Both the position numbers and the translations under genes were made by a program. Positions 21,967 to 35,129 of a DNA stretch of 64,000 bases are shown here, one piece after another. The stretch comes from Hormiphora californensis (lineage: Eukaryota > Animalia > Ctenophora). Each line of letters opens with the position of its first letter. Position 1 is the stretch's first letter. Under the pieces are notes generated by a model. The model did no database searches. It saw only the letters and a program-made list of their open reading frames with translations, and was not told where the DNA came from. The stretch covers positions 1,240,001-1,304,000 of the forward strand of contig CM035352.1 of assembly GCA_020137815.1 (NCBI GenBank), read 5' to 3'.

Positions 21967-24900
21967 CTACAGATTAGTTTCAACATACTGTGCCCTGGAC
22001 TTAGTGGGGTGATCTCGGTGTGCTAACGTCCTTACACGAGAAGAAGTGGAGTTGATTGCACCCTGAACTGTTCTAACTGGGGTTCGTATCAGGATGGTAA
22101 ACAGGAAGTTGTCATACAGAAGTGGGTTTATAACAGAGTTGATGGGCAAAATGAGGATAGAGAAGACGGGATACCAAGGCTCGGCATCTATAACTTCACT
22201 ATAATGAAGTGCTGATGTCAGGGCGAGAGGTATCCAGCAGAGAAAGTCAGTGACAATGATGGCAGTGATCTTCCTTTGTACAGAGTGTCTTCTGGATTTG
22301 AAGGAGGCATTAGCAGTTCTAACAGTGTTTATAGATCGCAATGTTGTCCACGCCACTCCAATATAACAAGCTGCAATGATAGTGAAACAGAGGACGTTTA
22401 AAGAGAGAATACCGGCTGAGAATTCCTTCTGGGGGTCAGACTCCGTTACCAGATACTTGAAAACACACACTCCATCATTACCGTAAAAGTGAACAGTCGA
22501 GTTGTGGATACCTGAAACAGAAAAAAAATCTAGATACTGGATTGAATCTGCCGGTTTCAAATTGATTCAAGCATTACCTGAACAGCTGCCAATGCTCTGA
22601 CAGCGATTCTCGAAATGAGAATAGGGTCAGGTCAATGCTCTGACAGCGATTCTCGAAATGAGAATAGGGTCAGGTCAATGCTCTGACAGTGACAGCGATT
22701 CTCGAAATGAGAATAGGGTCAGGTCAATGCTCTGACAGCGATTCTCGAAATGAGAATATAGGTCAATGCTCTGACAGAGTATCGCCCTTACCTCCATACT
22801 GAGTTGTGAACATGTTCCTTGCCATTTCTCTGATAACCCTCCACGATATGATACTATCAGCGGACTTCACTGCCGAGATCCTGCTGTAGTACCGACTGAA
22901 TAGTTCCAGGTGTTTAATCTTTGTCACGGGCCCACTGAATAACGAGGATCCATTGTAGTAGAGACCGTTGACAAAATAATCTTCAAACACAGGGAGAACA
23001 GGAATCACAGCGATTATAACACTGCCAATAATGGGAATGAATGTTAGGATGCCAAGTTTAATAATGGACAAGATACTCCCTCCGTCGGTGTGGATGAGCT
23101 TCCCCACACTAAACACTCGGACAATACTCAGAGCAGTCATGGCGAATATAGACAATTGAGATCCTGTAGTGCTAACAACTCCCAGTACTTGGCATTGCGT
23201 GGACGAGAACCAAGTGAATCTGTCTCTGCAGTAACCTCCAGATCTCCTAAACATTAAATCAAAGACAGAGATAGAGAGCAGATAAATGCCAACCAACAGG
23301 TCACCTAGACAAATCAGAATGATTGCTAGTTTATTGGCAAGGAGTTCGAATGTTCGTCTTTTTATTGGCTTACGAATTGTGACAATCAGTACCAGGAAGT
23401 TGAGAAGTGTGGCCACAGGTCCGACTATGTAGCACACTGCTCTTAGACCATCATTAGCTAATATCTGTTTGTTAGTCACAGGGCAGTTGGCATTACATTC
23501 ATCCGACAAGTCTACACAGTCCACTTGTCCATCGCACACAGAAGAGAGGGGAATTCTTATCCCATGATGTGGTGCACTGGAAATTATTAACACAGTCCGC
23601 CTCATCACTGCCGTCACCACAGTCATCTTTCAGATTACAAAATGTCCCTGTAAAGCACACATTTCTTGTTGTCACACGGGTAATATCCGGTGTTCGTAGG
23701 ATCCCGGCTCTTGGGAGGCTTTAAAGAGGAACCACTAGTTCCGGTGGATATGTGTCTGCTAGTGCGTAGACTCTTTTATTCAGGCATATTCCAGCAAGTT
23801 TCAAGGGGAACGGTCCTGTTTAGAGGACATTCAAGCGTTGTCTGTACAGAGTCCGCTACATGCTGAGTATACATAGTTTTCTCCGTACAGGTATCCACAA
23901 TCAACTGAGTGGAATGGTAGGTTCACATGTACTGACTTGATAACGTTCAGAACTGTTGGAAGTGTAAAGGATGGCTGTTTAACTGTGTGACATGTCCCCA
24001 GCTGTAGTTCTAAAGAAGATGATGGGATGGGGAAGCAGTGCTGGAGAAAGACCTCCTGGTTTGAAGTATTAGTAATAGCTGTATCCACAACCTGGTTATT
24101 TCGCATTGCATTGCAAAGATCCACCTCCACTGGACAGGAACTAATCTTATCACAGAGTTTATCTAACTCAACAAAACCATCATCCCCACCACAGATCAGT
24201 ACATCAGAGCAAATTTGCCCCTCTATCTTTTCTGAGTATCTTGAGTAAACTCCACTGCCACACATTTTCCAGGATGATTCCATCTCGTCTGAACCATCCT
24301 TACAGTCAACCTGACCGTCCATTACCCAAGCAAGGGGCATCGCCAACTCCCTTCCTTTCAGGTCCTGCCGTCTTAGCGAACCTTCGCTCACAGACGAATG
24401 ATTGGGTGAGTCGGCTACACAAATCCGCTGTTTCATCCCCTCCATTTGACAATCACTGACCCCATCACACAACTGGTTCTTGTGAACAGTGCAGCCTGTC
24501 TCGGGCTCAAAACATACGTTATTGTACCCATCATCACAAAGATCATATCCCCTGCAGTGGCCGAGGAAGGAAATGGCTGTGTGGTGTCCTTGGTGTAGGC
24601 AGCTCATAGTGACCCTATCTGGATCAGTACAAGTTTGTTTGATCCTCTCCGTTCTCACAGATTGTTTCCACTCGGTACCAAGGGGCACATCTCGCTCCAT
24701 CTGGCATCACAATTGTGAGTTGTATATCTGATCTGACACAGGTCTGTTTACCACTGTCCACTTCATAGCATCCTACCTCGTCATCTCCCCTCTCGCAATC
24801 TATCCTTCCATCACACAAAGATCTCGGTGGAACTATAGAGTGGAGTCAATTGATCTTTAACACAAAACATACCATAGCTCACGCCATTACACTCTATTTC

Positions 24901-25504
24901 ATCTAAACACTCTTGGGTTAAGCACCGTCCGTCACAGGGCAAATTCTCCTCACGATCATCGCACAATGAACTCATTCACGTTCGTGTTAGAACACCTACC
25001 CTTTTGGCATTTGCTATGAGTCTCAATGTCCTTCCCACTCGACTTTCCACAAATGTATCGTCCACAAAGGAGTGGGGAATTGACCCCAGCCACCCTCCTA
25101 AATGCAGTTGAACCAGCGTGGCCACAAACTTGGTAAAACGCTGGATCGTTGGGGCATACCTCACTATAAAAAGTGTATTCGGCTCTCTCGAAATCAGATG
25201 AAGTATAAAGTTGTTGGGAAGATGGGCATCTGTAGATTGCGCTATTATACGTTGAATCATACCCGCACTGTTCCTTCAGATATCCCCCAACCTCTTCGAT
25301 AGAGCACTCTAGAGTTGGTGTAGGAGTTGGTCTTGGGACGGGTGTTATAGTTGGTCTTGGGACGGGTCTAGTTGGCCTCGGTACGGGTCTAGTTGGCCTC
25401 GGGATGGGTCTAGTTGGCCTCGGGATGGGTCTAGTTGGTGGATCCAGTGCATCACTTGGTGAGCCAGTGACTACTAGGTTTAGGAGAACAAATAGGGAGA
25501 GCAT
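21967..25504 (-). CDS. GRL101/RXFP-related class A GPCR with an LDLa-repeat ectodomain and no LRRs; two exons (intron ~22510-22791); many frameshifts (assembly errors or pseudogene)
   Basis: Signal MLSLFVLLNLVVTGS; (PTRPIPR)n stalk; LDLa modules CDGRIDCERGDDE, CDGVSDC, MDGQVDCKDGSDE and CDGQVDCVDLSDEC; LGR-type 7TM motifs ICLGDLLVGIYL, W.SS.QC.VLG..ST..SQLS, IVTDFLCWIP and LPINSVINPLLY. Confidence 0.85.
22588..22780. repeat. Tandem ~43-bp repeat of a dispersed family (GGTCAATGCTCTGACAGCGATTCTCGAAATGAGAATAGGGTCA)
   Basis: About 4.5 copies in the GPCR intron; related CAATGCTCTGACCAC..TTCTC copies occur at ~2518-2600, ~6140-6235 (reverse) and ~35192-35250. Confidence 0.8.
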
Positions 25505-26025
25505 CGACCTAGAAAAAGAATGTTGCCTAGTTTTGTGGTTTACATGTGTACATCCGTGTGTTACAGAAGCCAATTTATAGCAAAAAAAAGAAGAATTATC
25601 ATCGGGAGAACGGAGTCTATTACTACTGCATAACACAATGGTGTTTGTTACACTGTAGGGAAATTATACTGCTGTCTAAAACTGAGATGCTAAACCACTC
25701 TGAAGAACAATCGCGTTGTCCTACTAATGAAAGATGTTCAATGAACATCCTAGTCCAGATAACCACTCGTTTTCCAATCTTTAAGTGTAAGTGGACTCGT
25801 TTTCCTGGCATACTATGCCGCATAGCTACACTCAATGCATGGCCTTATTCTCTGAATTCCTACATCGAATATAGCACCGTACTTGGCTCGATATTATAGA
25901 GAGAACACTGCACTTCTTGCACATTACCCCATCATATTGCTGCTGCACTATTTGACATGTACCATTCTTAGCGTTATCCATTACTCTCTGCAATCCTGGC
26001 TCGGTTCGGGAGCACTCTGGACACC

Positions 26026-29000
26026 ATGGACCCCCGGAGACAGAGCTCTGACATGGACCCCCGGAGACAGAGCTCCGACATGGATCCACGGAGACAGAGC
26101 TCCGACATGGATCCCCGGAGACAGAGCTCTGCCTCAGCTACCTCTTTAGCCTCCAGATTCTCCAATATGTACAACAGAACACGGTCCACTTCCTACACTG
26201 CAGAAACCTTCTTTATTCGCCGCTGTGCAAAGTTCGTCCCTCATTCAATTGACGAGGACTGCGTAGAGGAGAACCGATATTACACCAGACAGAGTTTTAA
26301 GGGGGACACCTGTGTGAACTGTAGGGGAACCCGGAAATCTCATCCTGGGAGGAAGGCTAACCCTGCTGACATTCCAACTAACGCTTTCGGGGAGTTACAT
26401 TTCGGTAACGACATGGACAACTTCAGTGCGCTACCCTACTACATTCGTTTAGACTCAGAAACAGATAAGAAGCTAATCGCTAAGTTAGTCGTTGACAAAT
26501 GGGCCATTCCTCACCCGTATCTGATAATTTCCTTTATCGGAGGCCCTGATTCCTCTGAATTCAGTCTGGCTGCTAGGGAGATGATAAAGAGTGTGACCGA
26601 TGAGCTGTTGAAGGGAGCTCGGACTACTAAAACCTGGTTCATTACAGATGGAATGGACCGAGGTGTTGGACAGCTCATCGGGAGGGCAGCAGGGAAACAG
26701 AGAAACTTCCTGGAATCCATTCCCATTATTGGTCTGGGAGCATGGGCCCTGACCACTAACAACAGAGCTCTTATTGAGTGCAAGAAGCCTGGTAGTGGGT
26801 GTTTCCCAGCGGATTACGAGGGGGAGGTATGTGAGTTCCCGAGATGTGAGAACAAGGCTGCACTTGAGCGGCACCACACTCACTTTATACTGTTTGACGA
26901 TGGCCGAATGCACAGTTCTACCTCTGAGTTTATGAAGGCCAGGTTTAATGTAGAGTTGGCGATATCACACTACAAACGAGTTCGACTTGTGACACTTCTT
27001 GTTGGCGGGGATGAGATCAACTTGAAAGAAGTTAGGGATCGTGTTTCGAAGGGGACGCTGGTTGTCCTGATCAAAGGTACTGGTGGTATAACAGATGTTC
27101 TCTGCTGGTCCTTGGATCTTGTAGAAGCGGAAGAGGTGGAGGAGCTGGAGCAGTATCTTAGGAAGACATACCCCGGTGAGGATAACTTGAAGACACGGAA
27201 TACAATACTCTACATTCTGGACAAGGCGACATTTCTTATCCAGTGCCGGGGGGTTGATTCTCAGATAGATGAGGTTATCCTGTCTGGGTTGAGGAAGATA
27301 TCACGCGATGGGATGGGAGAGGACGGGGGTACAGTCTGGAGGGTATACGATCAGTTACTGTTGGGGCTAACCTGGGATGCGGTTGAGAATGACGATGACT
27401 GGCAAGTGTTGAAGAGTTATAACTTTGCTGAGTGTGGAAACTATTCAATGACAAGGTTGATATCTCAGGCTCTACAACTGAACAGGGTTGAGTTTATCAG
27501 GAGGGCAATTCATTTCAAAGCGTACACCAAGAAAATGTTGACAGAAGAAATGTTTGAAGAGATTCTAAACAGCACAAAGACACACTCTTTTCTCCGGAGG
27601 ATTCTCTCGGAGACCAAACGGTGGTATAAATCTATGAAGAAACCAATCATGATGGCAAGTTATATACAGCTAGACGGTAAACCAGGAACGACTGAAGAAG
27701 ATGCTCCTCTTGACAATGATCCGATTAAATACTCTTTTGAAACGTTCGCCTTGACGATTGATTATCTCTGCGATGGAATCTTTAACGGCTGGTCCACGTC
27801 AAATCAAGTAAGAAAAACAGATCATTGTGAGTGTATTTCACGTGTCAACAGGTGTTTGTGCCTCTGTTTTTCAACTTCATACAAATGTGTCAAATAAAAC
27901 GTTTTGACCAACAGCTGGGGGCATTTCTCTAGGGTCATTTCTCTGGGGGGGGGGGGGGGAAGGTCATTGGTACCACCAAATATCAAGTACCACGGCCCAT
28001 TCCACCAAACATCACCCTATCAGGGAGCATCAGGGTCCAGGAGATCAGACGTCCCTCCAAAACCCAGACATCCTACTGATCCTACTATGTGTCCTGGAGC
28101 AGCGTACATCAGATGGCCCTGTTACTTTGGGAGGAGAACAGAAGCCCGATGATGGTAGCACTCCTGTGTAGTCACATCTATAAGTGGATGGCAAGGAAGG
28201 AGAGTAAATACGTGGAGATAACACCTGACATGAGGACCAGCTTGTTGGATAATGCCTTGTAAGTTTGGGTGCCCGTGTTGAGCATCACGATAATGGGGAT
28301 CTCAGAGAGATAGAGATAGTGTGGTTGAACATTATATTTTGCAGGGAGTTTGAAAAGTTAGCGTATGGTCTGCTGCATGAAGCAAATGAGGATTACCCCA
28401 CTCGATCTGTGGAGCTCCTTCTGACACACCCTCACTTTGACTCGTGTGATAAGACACTCCTTCAGGTACAGGGTTACCATGACAACAAGTTCCAACCTCT
28501 CGTGAGAGAGGGTGAGCCGGGAGGGGGAGGTTAGATAGAAGGATATAGATAGGAGAGTCTACTCCCTATAATATATGGGTTATACACAATCTCTCCCTAC
28601 TCTCTGTCAACCTATTACACCAGCTCTTTTCCAACCTATGTGATCCCAACTTCCAACTCTCCTGGCAGGTAGCGGATTACACGGGATCTGATCTGTTCCT
28701 CTCCCACGACGCTGTACAGGACTACCTCACTCGTGAGTGGATGGGTCTACTGGATGACGATGTTCAGACCATCCAGATTCTAGCAGCCCTACCATTTCCC
28801 CTGTTAGCGCGGTTCAGGAAGGTACCAAATCTTAGAAACCAGGTGACAATTGACCAAGAACAGACGACAGTCAACATAAAGGTACTAACAGACATACACA
28901 CACACACCGATTATCTACACAGTTGCCACGGGAACAATTGTCATGTTTGCTCGTTATCTCCACATTTACTCGTTAACTCCACATGGCCGCCTTGTTGAGT

Positions 29001-31033
29001 AAGGCATGCAGGACTAGGGAGAAATGCTGTCCTGTATAATTAGTGTAAAGGGAAATGACATACCTACACAGTATATAATACACACCATCATCTCTCCTTT
29101 CAGAGACGTCGGGATAGGTTCATGGGAAAGTTTAGTAATGTAAAGGTGAAGTACGTTCATCTTGGACCGCTTCAGAAAATCTGGCATTTCTACCACGCCC
29201 CCATCGTTAAGTTTTACTTCTTCCTAATCACATACTTATTATTCTTGACCACCTTTGCGTATGCGCTGCTGATGGAGCATCCCATAAAGTCCCGGACATC
29301 AAACTCAGAGCTCTGTGTTTACACCTGGGTCCTCTCTACTATACCCCTAGAGATCAGACAGGTAAATTCTCACTCAATATTTTACACGAACTATAATATA
29401 TTCTCTCGGCTTGCCTTGCTCGTCAACTGAGCTGTGTCTCATGGTGCCGCTAGATCCCGTGTGACCGTCAGACAGATTAGAACCATCTCTTGTTTCAGAT
29501 TTACAAAACATGTCCGAGTAGATTTTACAGCAAGTTAAAATGCTACTTCAAGAATTCATACAACCGGTATGATGTTTTGTGCCTGCTATTCGTTCTACTC
29601 TCCATCGCCTGCCGTTACTTTATTCCATACCTCAGGTGGGTTGCCCGTTATAGTAACCATAGTAACCATAGTAACCATAGTAACCATAGTAACCATAGTA
29701 ACCATAGTAATCATAGTAACCATAGTAACCATAGTAATCATAGTAACCAAAGGTGGGTGTAATAGTAACTATAGGTACAACATCACATCAGTCAAGTTGA
29801 TATTTTCAGTGGTAAAATCTTGTTCTCTCAGTAACAATAAGTTCTTCTGTTTTAGGACCGGTATCAATATGATTGATATTTTACATCCAAGAGACCTCCC
29901 ACCACCCCCCGTTGAAGAGGCATTCTACAGAATATTCTTTTCCATTGCTTTTGCTCTATCTTGTGTCAGACTCCTGCAAAACATGCAAATTCATAGCAAT
30001 GTTGGACCAAAGGTTTGAACTGTGGCAGCTTCTCTGCTGCAATATTTCTCATATAATATGTCTCACTCATTTTTGCCAAATTTCGACCCCCTCCCCCCGA
30101 TTCCACTGGATGTCTGTATTAATTACTCCCCCTTTCAGGTTGTAATGGCAGCCTCCATGGTAGTGGATTTGTTGTTCTTCATGGGATTCCTTATCATGTC
30201 CATAATCTGCTATGGGGTGTCAACTGAGAGTCTCATAAACCCGACAAAGGAAAACAAGTCGGGTGCTTTCAATTCGGTCAGTTTTAATTCGGGTACTTTC
30301 AATTCGGTCAGTTTCAATTCGGGTACTTTCAATTCGGTCAGTTTCAATTCGGGTACTTTCAATTCGGGTACTTTAAATTCGGGTACTTTCAATTCGGTCA
30401 GTTTCAATTCGGTTGGTTTCAATTCGGGTACTTTCAATTCGGTCAGTTTCAATTCGGGTACTTTCAATTCGGTCAGTTTCAATTCGGTTGATTTAAAAAA
30501 ACGTGTTGGAATAGTATCTAATGCATGGATTGGGAACACAAAACAGATCAGCTATTTTCTAGAGATACCAATTCAGTTATTGATTCGTTTGTTTCCGCAG
30601 ATATTCGATATATTCTGGAGACCCTATATTAACATCTTGGGAGAGCTAAATCTGGATAGTTTACAAGGAAAACTAAACATTGGTTATTGCAAGCTAGCCA
30701 TGATCTACAATACAACACTGGACTGTACGGACGCAAGAGAGAACTATCACTGCACCAAGGATCCTTACTGCAACTACAACAGGTTCGAGTTCAGTCATGA
30801 AACTTCGACTGAGATAAATTAGACACGACAGTTTGAGTTTGACTATTATATTCTTCTTGTGGTCAGTATATGTACACTTCAAATTCTGATCTCTTACTAC
30901 TGCAGGTATGTGATATACATAGCGATGGCAGTTTATATGATGCTGGTAGCTGTGATGATGATAAACCTTTTAGTGGCCGTCTTCACCTACACATACGATC
31001 AGATTAACTCAATATCTGCACGGGTAACATTCC

Positions 31034-31068
<35 letters not shown>

Positions 31069-31723
31069 AGCTCTAGATCTCTGTCTGTCCTTCTTGCTTT
31101 CTGTCTGTCTCTCAATATATCTGTATCTCATATATAGGTTTGGAAGTGGCAGAGATATGAGTTGATCACAGAATTTAAAGACAGAAGCGCCATCCCAATG
31201 CCGCTCAACTGTATCTACCTGTGTATTCTAGCCGTGATATGGGTCTTTCGAAAATGTAAACCCAAACAAAAGCAAGGTATGATAACAGCATCAGTTACTG
31301 TTATTATTATGACAGTTATTAGTATATTATGACATGACAGTTATTAGTATATTATGAAAGTTATTGTAACGAATTTATCATAGTTCTTCTAGAACAAGTA
31401 ACCATGCTAAGTTGATAATAAGTTATTTAAATCATGTTCTCCTGCAGTGAGTAGAGCAGTTGGCGTTGAAGAGGAACTAACGATAATAGAGACGGAGTGC
31501 CGGAGAAATCTGCTCACTAAAACTGACTGCTACGAACAGTGTTCGGAATACTGGGGAGGGGATACATCGGATGCAAGCACAGTTAACAGAGTGTGTGAAG
31601 GCTGTAGAGAGGTTAACAGAGAAGGTGGAAGGGTTAGTGGTGGCGGCTAACAATGCTAACAGATCCCCAACTCCCATTCACGATTCTCTGCTTCGATTAA
31701 GGAACCGAAAGGCTTCAGTGTAA
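26026..31723 (+). CDS. TRPM: TRPM-family cation channel (about 11 exons) with no NUDT9-H or kinase tail
   Basis: MHR motifs PTNAFGELHF, YIRLDSETD, W.IPHPYLIISFIGG, WFITDG, PIIGLGAW and HHTHFILFDDG; FYHAPIVKF; MINLLVAVFTYTY; TRP box VWKWQRYELITEF; C-terminal coiled coil IHRMQAQLTECVKAVERLTEKVEGL. Single-base frameshifts at ~28106 and ~31520. Confidence 0.92.
29650..29749. repeat. (AGTAACCAT)11 microsatellite in a TRPM intron
   Basis: Read directly; translates as the spurious SNH and IVT repeat ORFs. Confidence 0.95.
30262..30490. repeat. 15-bp-unit tandem repeat (AATTCGGTCAGTTTC / AATTCGGGTACTTTC) spanning a TRPM 5' splice site
   Basis: About 15 units, six of which contain AATTCG|GTCAGT. Confidence 0.95.
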
Positions 31724-32085
31724 GGAACAATGACGGATCATACAACTGACCAATGAACGACAGACTTGATTTTGACTGAATATTATATTGACTACACACT
31801 ATAATCACTTCGTTTGACCGTGGGAGTACAGTAATTTTATTATATCGAATGAACGACTGATGATTTGCCTAAACTATGACAATCGTTAAACTCATTCGCA
31901 TAAAACGTTTCTAATACAAGTAACCGACCTTCTTTGTTTCCAACTGCATTTTCATCTTGTTTCAACCCTCTCCCCTTTTTATTTACTTGCACTTGCAGTT
32001 GTAAACGTGTGTGTTTGTGTGTGTCTAAGGTCCTATATTGATGACGTGCAGCCCACTGTATGATATACATTTAGAAGAGGGAATT

Positions 32086-33160
<1,075 letters not shown>

Positions 33161-33919
33161 TTTGATAATCTAGTATTCATCATGGGTCATCAAATGAAGC
33201 TCATTGCACTTCTCTGACCATCTTTCTCTCAAGTTTCGACCATTCGCTCATTCTAAGCTCTGTTATATTAGCTCCTATTCACGTAGCTTGCTTAACAACT
33301 GCACGTGCTGCTATTACAGAGCTGCCATGTCTTGTAAACAAATCTTAGGAGACGATCTTTAACTCTTAGTGTTGAGAGAGCTGCAGCTGCAGGGGGTGTT
33401 GTTACTGTGAATATTCTGGGTTATGGAGCGGTAATATTATTCAGTGGAGGCACTTTCGGTTCCTACATCCATGGAACTCTATCTACCCTGCTGCACCGAC
33501 ACGTCCTACTGACCTTCCACCTTTCGGTGATGTTTTCTTCGTTTCATGGACTTGTAGCCGCGACTAGTCTGTTTTTGTGATAAATACCGATAATCAATGT
33601 GATTATGCGAGAAAGAAATTTAATATGTGTTTATAAAAATCGGTACTGAGGCCTGATAATTAATGGTAGAGATAACGAGAAGAGAGACTCGGTAGTAGTG
33701 CAAGTATGCAGAGCTCAAAAGTCGTATGACTCTGCTATGCTTCAAGAGATCTCAGAAAATGTGATTTTGTTCTAAGAGGGCGGGAGTTTCGATGCGTAGC
33801 AAATGCTCTTTGTCACATAATCTAGCTACCCGAGTTACACACCCCCCCCCCCCCCACTGGCCCCTCCACACTCCAGTTCTCCACAGTTGAATTAACGCAG
33901 TCGACATCTCCTACTTATA

Positions 33920-35129
33920 CAGGGTGTCCCACTGTCTTTGCATCACCTGCGATTTTGGGTCATGACCGGGCTCTATTAAACTAACCAAAACTGATCGAAA
34001 AATTGGTCAAAATGGTTCTAACATTCTAACAAAAACCAGTGTTCTAGAGAAATGTCTGGCGAACATTTTGGTTGCAAGATTGACTTTCCAAGTCTTACCA
34101 ATCGTCAGATATATCGTCGTAAAGTCAAAATTACGTGTTTATGAAATCCGACCGGGGTTCACGTTTTGAAAAATTCACAAGTGCAAAGTTGCTCGGATCA
34201 TATTGCATCCCTCATAAGAGTTGTAGGAAATTGTCTGGCGGTCATTTTGGTACCCGGGTTTTTATCCTAGCTCAATGTTTAGAATGTCTTATGACTGTCA
34301 GAACTGGAATTTTCCCAAAAGTGGTCTCAGGTAACGCATTGCATTTTGCCCTGTTATGAAGCTCATAGCTGCTTGAATACATCTTAGTGCATGATAGGGT
34401 TGAGATAGACCACTTGCGTATCCTACACATTAACATGGGCCTTGCCAAATCGTCATAACAACCCTGTCAAGTGTCTAGATGAAATTGAGACGATATGTGC
34501 TGATTATCATGGGATTACACACGACACCGAGCCACCTAATTAGGGGCTGTGAGCCGATACCAACTAAGACTCAGCATAGAAAAATCTTCATGTTCCTACA
34601 GTCATAACGCAACTTAAACGTAGAGCTATGGAAAAAACCATGGTATCAAGATGAACCTTAGACGATTCCAATGAAGCTCTTGTAAATTTCAAATCATTTT
34701 ACCCATTTGTTGATAACACGTGATCCCCTCAAAAATGCTGGTTGAATTTCGTCTTTAGACAGCCATAAGACACTCTGAACATTGAGTTAGGATAAAAACC
34801 CGGGTACCAAAATGACCGCCAGACAATTTCCTACAACTCTTATGAGGGATGCAATGTGATCCGAGCAACTTTGCACTTGTGAATTTTTCAAAACGTGAAC
34901 CCTGGTCGGATTTCATGAACACGTAATTTTGACTTTACGACGATATATCTGACGATTGGTAAGACTTGGAAAGTCAATCTTGCAACCAAAATGTTCGCCA
35001 GACAATTCTCTAGAACACTGGTTTTTGTTAGGACCATTTTGACCAATTTTTCGATCAGTTTTGGTTAGTTTAATGGAGCCCGGTCATGACCCAAAATCGC
35101 AGGTGATGCAAAGACAGTGGGACACCCTG
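33920..35129. mobile_element. 1.2-kb non-autonomous Tc1/mariner-type element with ~380-bp TIRs and a TA TSD
   Basis: TA|CAGGGTGTCCCACTGTCTTTGCATCACCTGCG ... CGCAGGTGATGCAAAGACAGTGGGACACCCTG|TA; arms ~33920-34300 and ~34760-35129; no transposase ORF. Confidence 0.92.
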
